Shown here one piece after another: positions 13,513-24,887 of a stretch of 64,000 bases of DNA. Both the position numbers and the translations under genes were made by a program. The notes below the pieces were generated by a model. The model did no database searches and had not been told where the DNA came from. It saw only the letters and a program-made list of their open reading frames with translations. Numbering within the stretch: the stretch's first letter is position 1; every line of letters begins with the position of its first letter. Source of the DNA: Curvularia clavata (lineage: Eukaryota). Location of the stretch: contig CP089276.1 in NCBI GenBank assembly GCA_023920165.1, positions 2,728,001 to 2,792,000 on the forward strand. Direction: 5' to 3'.

Positions 13513-14687
13513 GACGGGCTAGGCCCACCAGCGCCGTCTTTGGCCTCAGCTGGCGCACGCTGGTCCTTCAACACTCGCTCCTCACAGGACCAGCAGTGCG
13601 CCGTTTTGGCCTGCGCAGAGAGGGGTGGTGAAGGGTGGTGGGGCTCAGCAGGGCGTAAATGGGAGAAGGGAGCGAGTAGTGACCAGGTCAGAGTTTCCTA
13701 ATCGATGCTCGGCTGCCACCATTTTGATTTTGTCATGTGTCGAATCGACGCTGGGTTGGGGTTGACTCGTCCTTGGAGATGGGTGCGGCTGTGGAGGGGG
13801 CCTGGAGAGGTGGAAACTATCAAGGACCTGATTCGTATTAGACTGCAGAAGCGATGTCGGGTGGGCCTCTTGTCGGCCGGCGCCCTGGACCCTTTGAGAG
13901 ACGGCAGTATGAAGGCGACGCCTGCCCTGGTGTTTTATAGCCGGATGCAAAGCCGTTCCAAGGACAACGATGAAGCAGGGTCCCGGCTTATATGTAGGTA
14001 AGGCTTCAAAAATAGCATCAGGATTGGCCCGTGGCTACGGCTGCAGTTGCATGGACTCTGTAGTAGAGCATGACGCTTGCGCTGGAAGCGGGCGACAGGC
14101 GTGCGTATCTGGGATGTCCCACGTAGCGTTGCATCCAGAATGGCCACTGGGTATATGAGGAGGAGTCAGAGTGGTAGTGGTGGTGGTGGTCTTCTCGGGA
14201 CAATGCAGGCGCCACCACTTTGCCTGCTGCCACACGGCTGCGGCGTCGAGTTGATGCAGGAGAAGCAGAAGGAAGCAGAAGCAGAAACACAAAGGCAGTG
14301 TGCTCGAGGCTGACTTTGGCTCGATTTGTGCGTGTCGTCGGCCCCGGCCAGGTGGTGTGCTGATGGACCAGACGAGCGCGGATCTCTTGGCTTTCCCGGA
14401 ATGGCTCGGACTCGGTATGCTGTGGCCGTTGTCGCCAACGACAAGGAAGGCCTCAGTTGTCGCCGTCCTGACGTGAGTATTATGTGAAGATGGTGTTTCC
14501 GTAGCGCACGTACAAGTCGAGAGCCAAGCAGGACAGAGCCACCGACGCCAGCGGTCTCTGGGTAAGCGCAACGGTCCGCGCGCTCGTACGCCGTTGTGCT
14601 CACACGCGTCATGCCGCCAGACCGTCTCTTTACAGGCACGCTGCATGTGCCATTGCAAGCCGTGGTGGCGTATCGTCTCTCTTGACC

Positions 14688-16114
14688 ATGCTGTCTTCCC
14701 TGGCCCTCTCGGACATACCCGCCCATGTCCTTCATGCCGAATTGCTGCGCAGACAAGACGAGGCTGACGGTGATGGACGGCCAAAGTGCGAGACTAAAGG
14801 CGGCAAGGGGCAATACAACACTGCGCTGCATGTCTTTGCGCTGTTGCTCATTCTGGCCCTGAGCACCGCCGGTTCGTCTGCTTGCTACTCCAGCTTTGGC
14901 CTGCTCTCGCATCGCTGACTCCTGCCACAGCCTGCTCCTTCCCAATCATCGTCAAGCGCTTTCCCTCGATCCCCGTCCCCCACCAGTTCCTCTTCATCTC
15001 CAGACACTTTGGCACCGGCGTCCTCATAGCCACCGCTTTCGTCCACCTGCTGCCCACCGCCTTCGAGTCCCTGACCCATCCATGTCTTCCTTATTTCTGG
15101 AACAAGCGCTATCCGGCCATGCCCGGCTTCATCGCAATGACGGCCGTCTTCGTCGTCGTAGGCATTGAGATGTTCTTTGCCTCGCGCGGGGCTGGCCATG
15201 TGCATTCGACGGGCTACGAGAACCTGGGTCTTGACGCCTCCCAAAATGCCTCGCGTCCAGCACACAAGCGGAGCCATAGCTACGGCATGTACAGCAGCGG
15301 CACCTCAGGCACCCAGGGCCTTGCACCAGGCATCATGCTACATGACGTCGAGTCCTCGACCAACTTGATGGCGGGACGATCTCCTTCAATCGCCGTCGTA
15401 TCCCCCACCACCCCTGCCATGCCCGTCGAAGCACGCTCAAGAGAGCCACTGGACGACGATGACGATGATTCCGACTTGGACATCACTCGGGAGGAACTTG
15501 CTCGTCAGGACGCCGAAGATTCAGAAGACGAGTCTCGTCTATTACCAGGCCCTGACACCCGCCAGCAACGCAACCATGATCACGGCGAGTCGTCCGATAG
15601 TCCAGAGAAGTCAGAAGCTCAGAACCAGAAGCTGCTGCTGCAATGCTTGCTGCTCGAGGCTGGCATTCTTTTCCATTCCGTCTTCATAGGCATGGCAGTT
15701 TCAGTAGCCACCGGTACTGCCTTTGTCGTACTTCTCACCGCCATATCCTTTCACCAGACTTTTGAAGGATTTGCACTTGGTGCAAGAATCAGCGCCATTC
15801 GCTTCCCAGCTGGGTCACCGAAGCCCTGGCTCATGGCATTGGCCTATGGTACCACAACGCCCATTGGCCAGGCCATAGGACTGGCTATCCACACGCTATA
15901 CGACCCTGCAAGTGAAGCTGGCCTACTAACTGTGGGTTTCATGAACGCCATATCAAGCGGTCTGCTTCTATTTGCTGGCCTGGTCGAGCTACTCGCCGAG
16001 GATTTCCTCAGCGACGAGAGCTACGTCACGCTGCGTGGTAAGCGACGATTGCAAGCGTGCGCCAGTGTTGTCGGAGGGGCCTTACTCATGGCACTTGTTG
16101 GTGCATGGGCATAA
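14688..16114 (+). CDS. ZIP-family (Zrt/Irt-like) zinc/iron permease; exons 14688-14871, 14931-16114
   Basis: RHFGTGVLIATAFVHLLP, LEAGILFHSVFIG, SFHQTFEGFALG and TTPIGQAIG; His/acidic cytoplasmic loop; canonical intron 14872-14930. Confidence 0.93.
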
Positions 16115-16412
16115 AATTGTCGTTGATATTCTTCGTACTTGCTAGCGTATCATGCATCTCTCCGGCGTTGTGGCTGATGGCATGCAGCCTTTTATGCTTC
16201 GTAATCACTTTCGCCCCCTGCGATCGTCTCGTGCAGGCTCAATCTCGGTTTTGATCAGAACGGATCGCGTATTCCCGAAATCAAGGTCACATTCATGGGA
16301 CGATATCAGGACATTGAACCGAATTCGATCATCAACACCCCTCAGATCAGGCCACTTTGTCCCTTTTCTATGTTTTAGAATTCCGACCAATGGCAGCTAC
16401 AGTTGGCGTTGT

Positions 16413-18076
16413 CTATCTTTCAACCTCTTCCTGTTCCTCTGTGCTCCCTACTTTGTGCAATACCTCTTTATCCTTTTCGCCTTCATCACCATCCTTGACG
16501 CCCGTTTGCTCTTCCAGTGCCTTACAACGCCTCACCAAGTCACTAACATGAGCATCTCCGCTGTCTTTGCTCAACCCAAGCAATGCAATCTCGAGATTAT
16601 ACAGATACTCTCTGTTTTCACCACTCGGGCCCTTGCCTAAGAATCGCCAATGAGTAAAGCCAGCATAAAAAGGTTAATATAGAAAACTCACTCTCCAAAA
16701 TCTTCCTCGCCAACGCATCCGGATCCTGTGGACCTAAAAACTGCGGGTTCTCAGGAAGTCCGATATAAACCAGACACTTGATATTCTCTGGCTCCGGAAC
16801 TACTGTCTCCGTACTCGTAACCTTGATGCCCGTTGGGGGCGACGATAAATCATGGCCATGCTCTCCCTCAGGCTCATCATGCAGGGTGGTGACCTTTGCG
16901 TTGCTAACCGCAGGATGAAACGGCGTAAACTGGATAGAGTAGCCGTTTATCTCGCGGATATCGAGGTATTCGCGCACGGCCTGGACGTGGCGGGCGGGAA
17001 TATGGTAGGCTGCGCCCCAGACACGGGAAGCCGAGTCATGCTTTTGTCATGTTTAGTAACAAGAATATCTGCGGCTTGGGGGCGATATTGAAAAAAAGTT
17101 TTTAATTATAGACAAAGAATGTATAGAAAGAACAATAGAAGGGTTGGAAAACTCACTTGGTCGTTCAGCGTTTCCCAGTGCGCTTTGTCAATCAATGTTA
17201 CAACGCGCCCAGGCGCCTCGGGCGTACCACGGTGATCTTCACTGGAAGCCCTCGAATGGTTATCCACATGTTCTCGATGGCCCTTAGTCATTGCCGATCT
17301 TGACTCCATGTACTTACCTAGCCTACACGAGTATGATCTAGTTAGCCCAATCTGTCAAAAATAACAACTCCACCACCTCTCTTTCTTCTTTCTTACTCCT
17401 TGAATCTAGACCGAATTCTACCCAAATGGCCAAAGAACAAAAGCATAGAGAGGTCAAAAACAGGAAATAATCAACTCACCTGCCAAAACCTCCTTACGTA
17501 GCCCTCGATGAATCCGGGGAGTCGTTGATCTGCATCAGGCGAAAATCAAATTAGCTCTTGGAGATTCGCAAACAATCAATACAGAGGAGAACATAAAAGA
17601 AGGGTCCAAAGTTCATGGCTCAAGTAAATTCTCTGGCGTCCACCAGAGAAGATAAAGAGGCTGTGCCTTCTTTCCAAAGAATGAGTGGGAGACATCGTGG
17701 AGGGAAAAAAAAATAGCAATGTTTGGTTGTTCATGTGCATGGAGATAGGCGGGCCGTACCGTAGTGTGGCGGTGGTTTCCAAATCAAGCTTCTGTACGGC
17801 AGATGGGGGAAAATAAAAATCCCCCCCGTTGGTTAGCTACTAGTCATTTCAATTTCAAAATCGTTCTTGGAATAAACGGGTAATGACGTTCTTCTTAGAT
17901 AGAAGGAGCTAGTGGGATTTGCGGATTTACCGCTGGACACACACGTGTTTTTGTATGTGGGTATGGAGGAGGGAAGACAAAGACAAACAAAAAGCTCCAA
18001 CTTACCCGTACCCAAAGATCCAAAAGTCATTGTTGGACCCGAAGGCTTCGATTTCTTTTTCGTGGTCTGATGTCAT
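16413..18076 (-). CDS. chaC: ChaC-family glutathione-specific gamma-glutamylcyclotransferase (GCG1-like); 7 exons: 18076-18006, 17791-17760, 17529-17480, 17322-17318, 17241-17157, 17040-16692, 16636-16413
   Basis: The spliced product reads [66 protein letters not shown], which are ChaC signature motifs. All six introns are GT-AG. Confidence 0.92.
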
Positions 18077-18457
18077 GTTGCTAATTTTTTTTAAATTAAT
18101 GTATTGACTAGGTAGAGACAGAACAACAATTGGGGATAAAAAAATGCGAACTGGAGAAAAAGAGGACAGGTAGAAGACAATGGCGGTGTTTGCTGACGGG
18201 AATTCTGCGGAAATGGCGAGATGGGGTTAATTAGTCAGTTTGGAGACAGCTCGTGTGGGTTTGTAGTGGGGCCTCTGATGCATATGTGTACAGGGGAGAT
18301 GAATCCGGGAGAAGAATGTACGGCAGATGAATACAAGCGAAAGAATCGTCGGGGTTGGATGCTTTTTTTTTCAAACGTCATCAATAGTTATGGTGGCTTG
18401 CCAAGCTATGTATACATGATATAGCAAAAAAAAAGTACAACGGTATTTCCGATTTCC

Positions 18458-19996
18458 TCACGATCCGCCTGCAGCTCTGCTCATGAAGAAGCCCTTGAGT
18501 GGGCCCATGGCATCTACAGCTCTTAGCCCCAGGCTTCGTAATCCTACAATTGGTCCTGATCCCACGCTGTAGAGTCTGTGTAGCTTGTCGCATACACCCA
18601 GCATCGCATTATTTTCTGCATACCGTTCGCTGTTATAACTCTCCAGAGCCAATGTTGAACCAATATCCTGGCCCGTCTGTACGGCGTAGGAGATTGTTCG
18701 CACAAGTGCAGCTGCATCGCCCTGGCCTTGATTAAGGCCTTGACCTGCGAGCGGGTGGATGGTGTGCGCAGCATCGCCAACTAGTGCAACTCGTTCGCCT
18801 GTGTAGGTATCTGCGTGTCGCATTCGTAGTGGGAAAGACGCAACAGTACCGGCCTGAACGTTGGTCACACGCATGGGTATGGCGTGCTCGTTGACCGGTG
18901 TGTGCTTCTCTCGCCATGCAACTTCTTCTTCCTGCCCCGACGATAATGTGTGCAGATACTCAAGATCAGTAGGTGACAATCTGAAGCCTGCATTGACCAT
19001 GGCGACAAAGTCTTGTGGTGACAGCGACTTGAGCTTGGCGGCACGCTCAGGTGTTGTGCTCCAAACAAGCGTCGACATGTTGCCAGGTAACGGCAGCATT
19101 GCGAGCGGGCCAGTCGGTAAGAAGCGCTGGTACGCAATCTTGTGGTCTGGTCCGCCCCAGCCTTGTCCTTCGAGCTTCAAGCTGGCCACGACTCCGTGTC
19201 TGTTGTAATCGAAGCCTCGCGACTCAATGCCTGCAAACGTCCGGACTGGACTATTCGCGCCATCAGCGCCGACCAACAGTCTTGCAGCAAGGGATTTTCC
19301 ATTTGATAATTTGAGCACCGGCCAAGACGAAAAGTCCATCTTTCCTGTATCCGTTCCCAGATCTATTGAGTCCACTTTTGTAGATGTGTAAAAATCGACG
19401 CCACCGAGTTCTTCGAGCTGGCTCAGCAGGGCAGTAACGGTATTGACATTTTCAATCATGTATGCAATAGTCGTCGGCTGCGCAGGGTTGCGAGGGGTAA
19501 GGAGAGGCTTTGCAGTATGCCAGTCGAAGGATATGCGCGCATCGCTCACGCCGTCCCATACTTGCATCTCTTGGTAGGGTTGCACTCGAGGCTTGTTGAC
19601 ATGGTCCCACGCTCCAATTTCTACACATATATTAGATAAGTGTACGTTTCAAAGATGCACATACTCATGCGTACCTTGCAGGTTTCTCACTGAAGCTGGC
19701 GTGAGGGAGCTACATCTGTTGGAAAATGTCTCCAGGCTTGCGTCGTGCGCCAGTCGGCTCTTGTGCAAGTCTTGACCCTCGACGAGGGCGACTTTCAGCC
19801 CATTGGTAATTGGCGAGGCTTTCAGGCCTGTGAGTAGACTGAGACCTGCCGGTCCCCCACCTACGCAGACGACATCGTAGACCTCTGGTCTATCTGCGGA
19901 GCTCGAGGCAAACCTCCGCTGAGGTTGTAGGCGCACCCAAAGTGTCGGCCTTGTAAACAAGGCTCTGGGCGCTGCCAATGGTATTCGGGGCGGCAT
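18458..19996 (-). CDS. COQ6: Ubiquinone biosynthesis monooxygenase, mitochondrial; exons 19996-19675, 19620-18458
   Basis: Arg-rich presequence, YDVVCVGGGPAG, FSNRCSSLTP, LLVGADGANSPVR, AYQRFLPTGP and VALVGDAAHTIHPLAGQGLNQG. Confidence 0.95.
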
Positions 19997-20353
19997 CAGG
20001 AGCCTTTCAGAAGCTGCCGTCGCATGCGCGTGTACAGTACAAAGTCGCGAACTTTGAACGTTGGAATGGTGGTGTCATAGCGGGCTGGCTATGTTTGGCG
20101 TGTTTGCAGATCGACGCTAGGGAGATTATCTTATCGCGTACCTACGCCGCCAGCTGCATTGTGGAGCCTGGGGCCTCCAACTCTCTCCAACCTCACCCAG
20201 ACTCAAAGCATATCTCACTCCACCAATTGAGGGTGGCGGTGCCAGTGCCGTTCATACTCATGCAGTGGTATTACTCGGCCCGCCAAAAGCAGGCCATCTC
20301 GTCTAGAGGCGGCGGAAGCTCCCGTTGCAAGTCTCCAGTTTTTCTAAAAAGGC

Positions 20354-20361
20354 TATATAAA
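20354..20361 (+). promoter_or_regulatory. Candidate TATA box (TATATAAA)
   Basis: Perfect consensus in the intergenic region between the divergent COQ6 gene and the orphan ORF. Confidence 0.4.
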
Positions 20362-21026
20362 TGGAACAGCTCATAATCTCACTCAGTTACTGGCAGGTTT
20401 GCCGTTGCAATTGACAGGGTCTTTGTCAACAATTATCAACGCCAAGCTGTTCAGAGTTTCCTTGTCCGGATTGCCGTCTTTAGTATCGCTGACAAGTCAT
20501 CCTCAACGTCGGCAGTGAGGATGTGCTGAATGGTTCAGGGTCGAAACGAAGATTGGCAATGGCGTAACTTTCCCTATTTGGACACCATAGCAAGGGCGCA
20601 CACCCGTGGGACGCGGAAAAGCTCATCCTCTTGAAAGTTTCTTACGGAACGGGACTTATTGGAACCGTTCAGGTCTATGCAGGGCGCATGACTGAGGTTT
20701 AACGATCACTTCCGGATAGCTTCCCGCCGTTTCGGTGAAATCGTCTACTTAACGCACAGGGTATTAAAGTACGTCCGTACCATCGTGGTGTGCTGCTTAC
20801 CCTTCAGTCGCAGTCTTTCAGTCACATCTGCTGGTACGCTAGCTGCATCCACAACCATTGTACAGACTTCCTCTTACGCACCGTACCACTTATTAATGAG
20901 CCGCTAAACCCTACCAGCATGTATCTGTAATGATGCTGCGTCCTGCATCCGTGATGCTTGGAAGTGCCACTTGCTTTTTGTGCAATTTTGACTGATTCTC
21001 TCGAATTCTTCCATTCAAACCACACC

Positions 21027-22682
21027 ATGAGCTCTTATAATCATCAACACATGTCTTTAACCGAGCCATTCACGTTTGTGAGTGCCGAAGAAACCGCCTC
21101 TAATTCTGGAGGATTCCAGTCGCCGCACCTTCCACACCATTCAATGAAGCGAGATGTGTCGAAAACCTTGCTGCATACCCGCAGCTACTTTGGGAAGCGT
21201 CAAAAAAATTCACATCCTGAGCCAGAGACATCTGTCGAATGTCTTGATCCAAGTATAGCACCAAGAGACTACATGTCTCGATCATGGTCCAACCTCGATA
21301 GTCCACACCCTCTTCTCCCTACACCACTTCCCAGCCCCGCTCTTGAAGAGACGGGACATTCCCTGGAACACGCCCAAAAGTCTCTGCAAGTTGGGGAGCT
21401 CGTCACCAAGCTCAATTTCAAACTCAGGCGGCTTTTCGGCAGCCGGAGAGGCTCTGCTGAGGATGGAGACATACCACTCACTTTTCCCCACCGGCGCGGC
21501 TCGATAGCGTCTCTCAACCTGCGTGGACTCACCGAAAATCCCAATCTCGAAAGCAATCCTGAATATTTGATGTGGAATGGATCATGTCAGCTACCGAATG
21601 TAAGCGAGTTCTTTGACGCAAACGGCGAGGCTGGCCCCAGTAACTTCTACCACACTGCTGACTGGAGTGCGTTCCAGAAATCCTTCCAGGCGCAAGGGAG
21701 TTTGAGCACACAAACACACCTGAACAACCATGCAGCTTCCCACGGGGACGCGGACTTGGAAAGGTTTGACTTTTTTCGGGGATATGTCACGCATGATTCC
21801 GAATATGAGGCCCGGAAACGCAAGGATTCGTTTTTTGGATTTGACTTTTTGAAATCACGGCGGTCAAGTAAGGTGGACAAGGGTAAGGGACGCATGGTGG
21901 AGGACGAGACAGCCATGGCGCAGCAGGAGGAAGCAACTGCACTTTTGCCTACCGTCAAAGCTTCAGTAGGAGTAACCATCTCGAGTCTTGCCGAGCTTGG
22001 GGTTCTTCCGCGGGTCTCCATGGAGACGATGCCGCCTCTTTCTCCCACAGAACCAGAAGACATCCCTCAGGCCGAATTCTCCAGTCTGGAATCTAGCACC
22101 CCGTCATGGCATCATGGCTCGGCCTCTTCGACGCCTCCTGATGCAGAAACAGCAGAGGTTCAGATATCTACGGTGCGACAAGCCGCTCTTTGTCACGTCG
22201 TACCTGCAGCGGATTCAGCCGCTGCCCACGCTTCCCCAGCATCATCCGTTTCCAGCGTCCATGGGGTCTCGGTCGCTGCACCGACAGCCAGCAAGAAGGA
22301 CGCGGCGTCAATGCTTGATACTCCATGCATGCCTACTGCAGCCTCCTCTCCATCCAACCCAGCCCAACACAGCAACATTAGCCCTCTAGACCCAACAACA
22401 CCTGCAACACCGTGTATCCTCCCCACCGTCGACTCGCCCTCATCACGACCCCTACTGTCACCCCTCACAACGATGCAAACCCTCAACCTCGGACCTCCCC
22501 AGCACACCGTCGACATCACTCAAGCTTGTCACAGCAACGGCACTGCAGAAAGCGCCCGTGCACACAGCAACAGCGTGGGCTTGAAAAAGAGCCTCGATGA
22601 GAAGTGTTGGTGGGACGGAGAGGGCGAGGAAGAGGAGGAGCGGAATGAGACGGTAAAGGTAGATATTGTTGCGTCTACATAG
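21027..22682 (+). CDS. Hypothetical Ser/Pro-rich, probably disordered protein (~551 aa)
   Basis: Uninterrupted 1.65 kb ORF with first ATG at 21027 in CACCATG context. No domain recognised. Contains RRGS twice, RRSS and DKGKGR. Confidence 0.65.
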   Translation: MSSYNHQHMSLTEPFTFVSAEETASNSGGFQSPHLPHHSMKRDVSKTLLHTRSYFGKRQKNSHPEPETSVECLDPSIAPRDYMSRSWSNLDSPHPLLPTPLPSPALEETGHSLEHAQKSLQVGELVTKLNFKLRRLFGSRRGSAEDGDIPLTFPHRRGSIASLNLRGLTENPNLESNPEYLMWNGSCQLPNVSEFFDANGEAGPSNFYHTADWSAFQKSFQAQGSLSTQTHLNNHAASHGDADLERFDFFRGYVTHDSEYEARKRKDSFFGFDFLKSRRSSKVDKGKGRMVEDETAMAQQEEATALLPTVKASVGVTISSLAELGVLPRVSMETMPPLSPTEPEDIPQAEFSSLESSTPSWHHGSASSTPPDAETAEVQISTVRQAALCHVVPAADSAAAHASPASSVSSVHGVSVAAPTASKKDAASMLDTPCMPTAASSPSNPAQHSNISPLDPTTPATPCILPTVDSPSSRPLLSPLTTMQTLNLGPPQHTVDITQACHSNGTAESARAHSNSVGLKKSLDEKCWWDGEGEEEEERNETVKVDIVAST

Positions 22683-23315
22683 TAGCAAGGGACGAAGGTT
22701 TGTGATATGAGGTGCAGGAACAGACGAGAGAGGAAGGAGCCGAGTTGGACTTGGCGAGAGAGAGAAAGAGAAAACGAGTCATGTGCATCGGGGTAAAGTC
22801 ATGGGCATTCTCCTTTTACTAGACTTTTTAATAAGCTTTGCGCTCGAATGTTTCATGCGCTGATAAGAGTGTTCTGCCCCCTGAGGGTATGGTTGAATTG
22901 TTATCATGTGTGCATGTGCTGCATTTTGCCGGCATCTTTCTTGTGTTCAAGGAGGTATACCACATGGGACTTATTAGGGGGGGTCATCACAACAGCATGG
23001 ACCAACGAAAACAGACGATATTCAACCACCTTGTCAATCATATCGTATTACAACATCATACTGCTCTACGTTTTTGATAAAGAATCCGCCCGAGGACAAG
23101 ACAATGCTGTATATTATAGACGAGCGGGAGAGGCCTCGCCAGGCTTCTGAGGAAAATGAGCGAGTTTAGTAGATCGCTTCCCGTATGGGGGTATATCGAA
23201 GGTTGAAAGGAATGTTTTGAGATCCGAGACGCTATGCATGATACTGAGAGAGAAAAGATACAAGAGAAGTAGACACAAGTGCTGGAAGCACGGTTATTGT
23301 GTTTGTCGGGATTTT

Positions 23316-24072
23316 TTACAACAGGATGGCAAAGCCGAAGAAAACGCTGCCGAAGACAGCGGCGAGGCCGAGACCGGCATTAGGCATGAAGATGGAGCCG
23401 GCACCCTTGTCGTTATTGTTGTTGCTGCTGCTGCTGCTGCTGCCAGTGGGCTCGGAGCCACCAAAGCCAGTCACTGGAATGGTGTTGGAGGCAGTACCAG
23501 ACGGGGCAGCGGTGGAGGACATGGTAGTAGGCAGAGAAGTGTTGCCCCTGTAGGGTTCCTGAGCACCGCACGGGTGGTCCTCACTGAATGGGGGCGTTAG
23601 CAGTGAACTTTTGAAGTTGGAAATTGCTTTGGAGCTTGCTTACCGGCAGGCACTCTGGCAAGAAGCATCGCCGTTGCAGTTATCGGCGCAGTTGGTTCCC
23701 CATTGTTGGCAGATGAAGAAGGGCAAGGTCTGGGAGTACTGGGTGATGTTGGGAGAGACGCCGTTATCACAGACGCATTCATAGGTCAGGTTGTCCGAGT
23801 CGCAGTCGTTTGACTCGGTGGACATGGAAGTGACGCCGGGTTGCTGAAGGCAGATAAGAGGGCAGGCGGCAATGTTCTGGGAGCACCAATAATCTAGACT
23901 TGGGTGAGACCATGGCCGAGGCAAGTTTGTTTACGACCAAAAAATGCATACCTCTGGTAGCCGACGGGACGGTATCGGGGTCGATGGTGTATGGGTAGTT
24001 ATTCTGAACCGAAGACTGAGCAGCAGAGAAGCCAGTGAAGGCGGCAATGCCGAGGGCGAGAACAGAACGCAT
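23316..24072 (-). CDS. Secreted, probably GPI-anchored Cys-rich protein (DUF7707-like); exons 24072-23952, 23893-23644, 23583-23316
   Basis: Signal peptide MRSVLALGIAAFTGFSAA, a 10-Cys domain (IDP..V...TR.YWC....ACPLIC...C.S.NL.Y.CVC..YSQTLPFFIC...), a Ser/Thr stalk and a hydrophobic C-terminal GPI-type signal. Confidence 0.85.
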
Positions 24073-24887
24073 GGCGATGATGGTGGTAGTAGTAGGAGTA
24101 GAAGTGGAGATGGTGGGTGTGGCGTTGGAAGCTGAGTAGTCCGAGGAAGAAGTAAGCAGCAAGAATTACAACGGATTATATACGGTCAGCGACAGACGGC
24201 GAACGGGACCAATGCAGCGGGCACAGATGGGACAGACAGCGAAGGTGAAGGCGGACGAAGAGGAGGCTGGAGGCACGGCATGTGTAGCATAATATATAGC
24301 GGGAGGGATGGCATCGACCGTGGGCAATAAGCTAGTGGAGCTCGATATCGGAAAGTTCACGATAGGGCCCGTGCGCCAACTCCGCGCCCACCCTGGCTGC
24401 GCGGCGGCTGGTCTGTGCGGACGCGCGGGCCGGTGATTGAGCGAGTTTTGGGCTTGAGAACGAGTGTGGCTAGAGGCTGCTGTGGGGATGTGAGGGTTTG
24501 AGGCGAGCGGGATTTGCTGCGCGGCTGGGAATAGACAAGTGTAGGGGGGCTGGCGAGTCACGTCTGTCTGTGTCTTGGTCTCCAGGGTCCTCGCCTGCGT
24601 CCGACCTCAGCATGGGCGAGCCAACAAGACGTGGCGAACGTCAACTGTACCATTGTCCATAGCCATCGCTACATTCCACGCACACTAGCTACAAAGGTGC
24701 GGCGCCCTGCCGTGCTGCTGAGTGCTGAGCAACCACCACCACCGCCTGGAGCATCTCCCAACCCCTCTACGCCGCTGCAGCCTCGTCTGGACTGCAGTAC
24801 CCCGGCCGCCCCCCCCCCCCCTCTGGATCGTTCCTTTATTTTATTTTTTTATCTGACACGCCACCTACCCCAGTCCAGCCACAGTCG

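Noticed and set aside
14035..14945. Two overlapping ~250-aa minus-strand ORFs
   Set aside because: GC-rich promoter/5' region of the ZIP gene; low-complexity translations with no motifs.
17530..18005. Long ChaC introns as possible snoRNA hosts (includes hairpin TTCTCTGG/CCAGAGAA)
   Set aside because: No convincing terminal C/D or H/ACA box arrangement found.
20905..20914. CTAAACCCTA as a possible telomerase RNA template near the structured segment
   Set aside because: It does not match the TAACCCTAA-type template expected for TTAGGG telomeres of filamentous ascomycetes, and I could not identify a pseudoknot or CR4/5 element.
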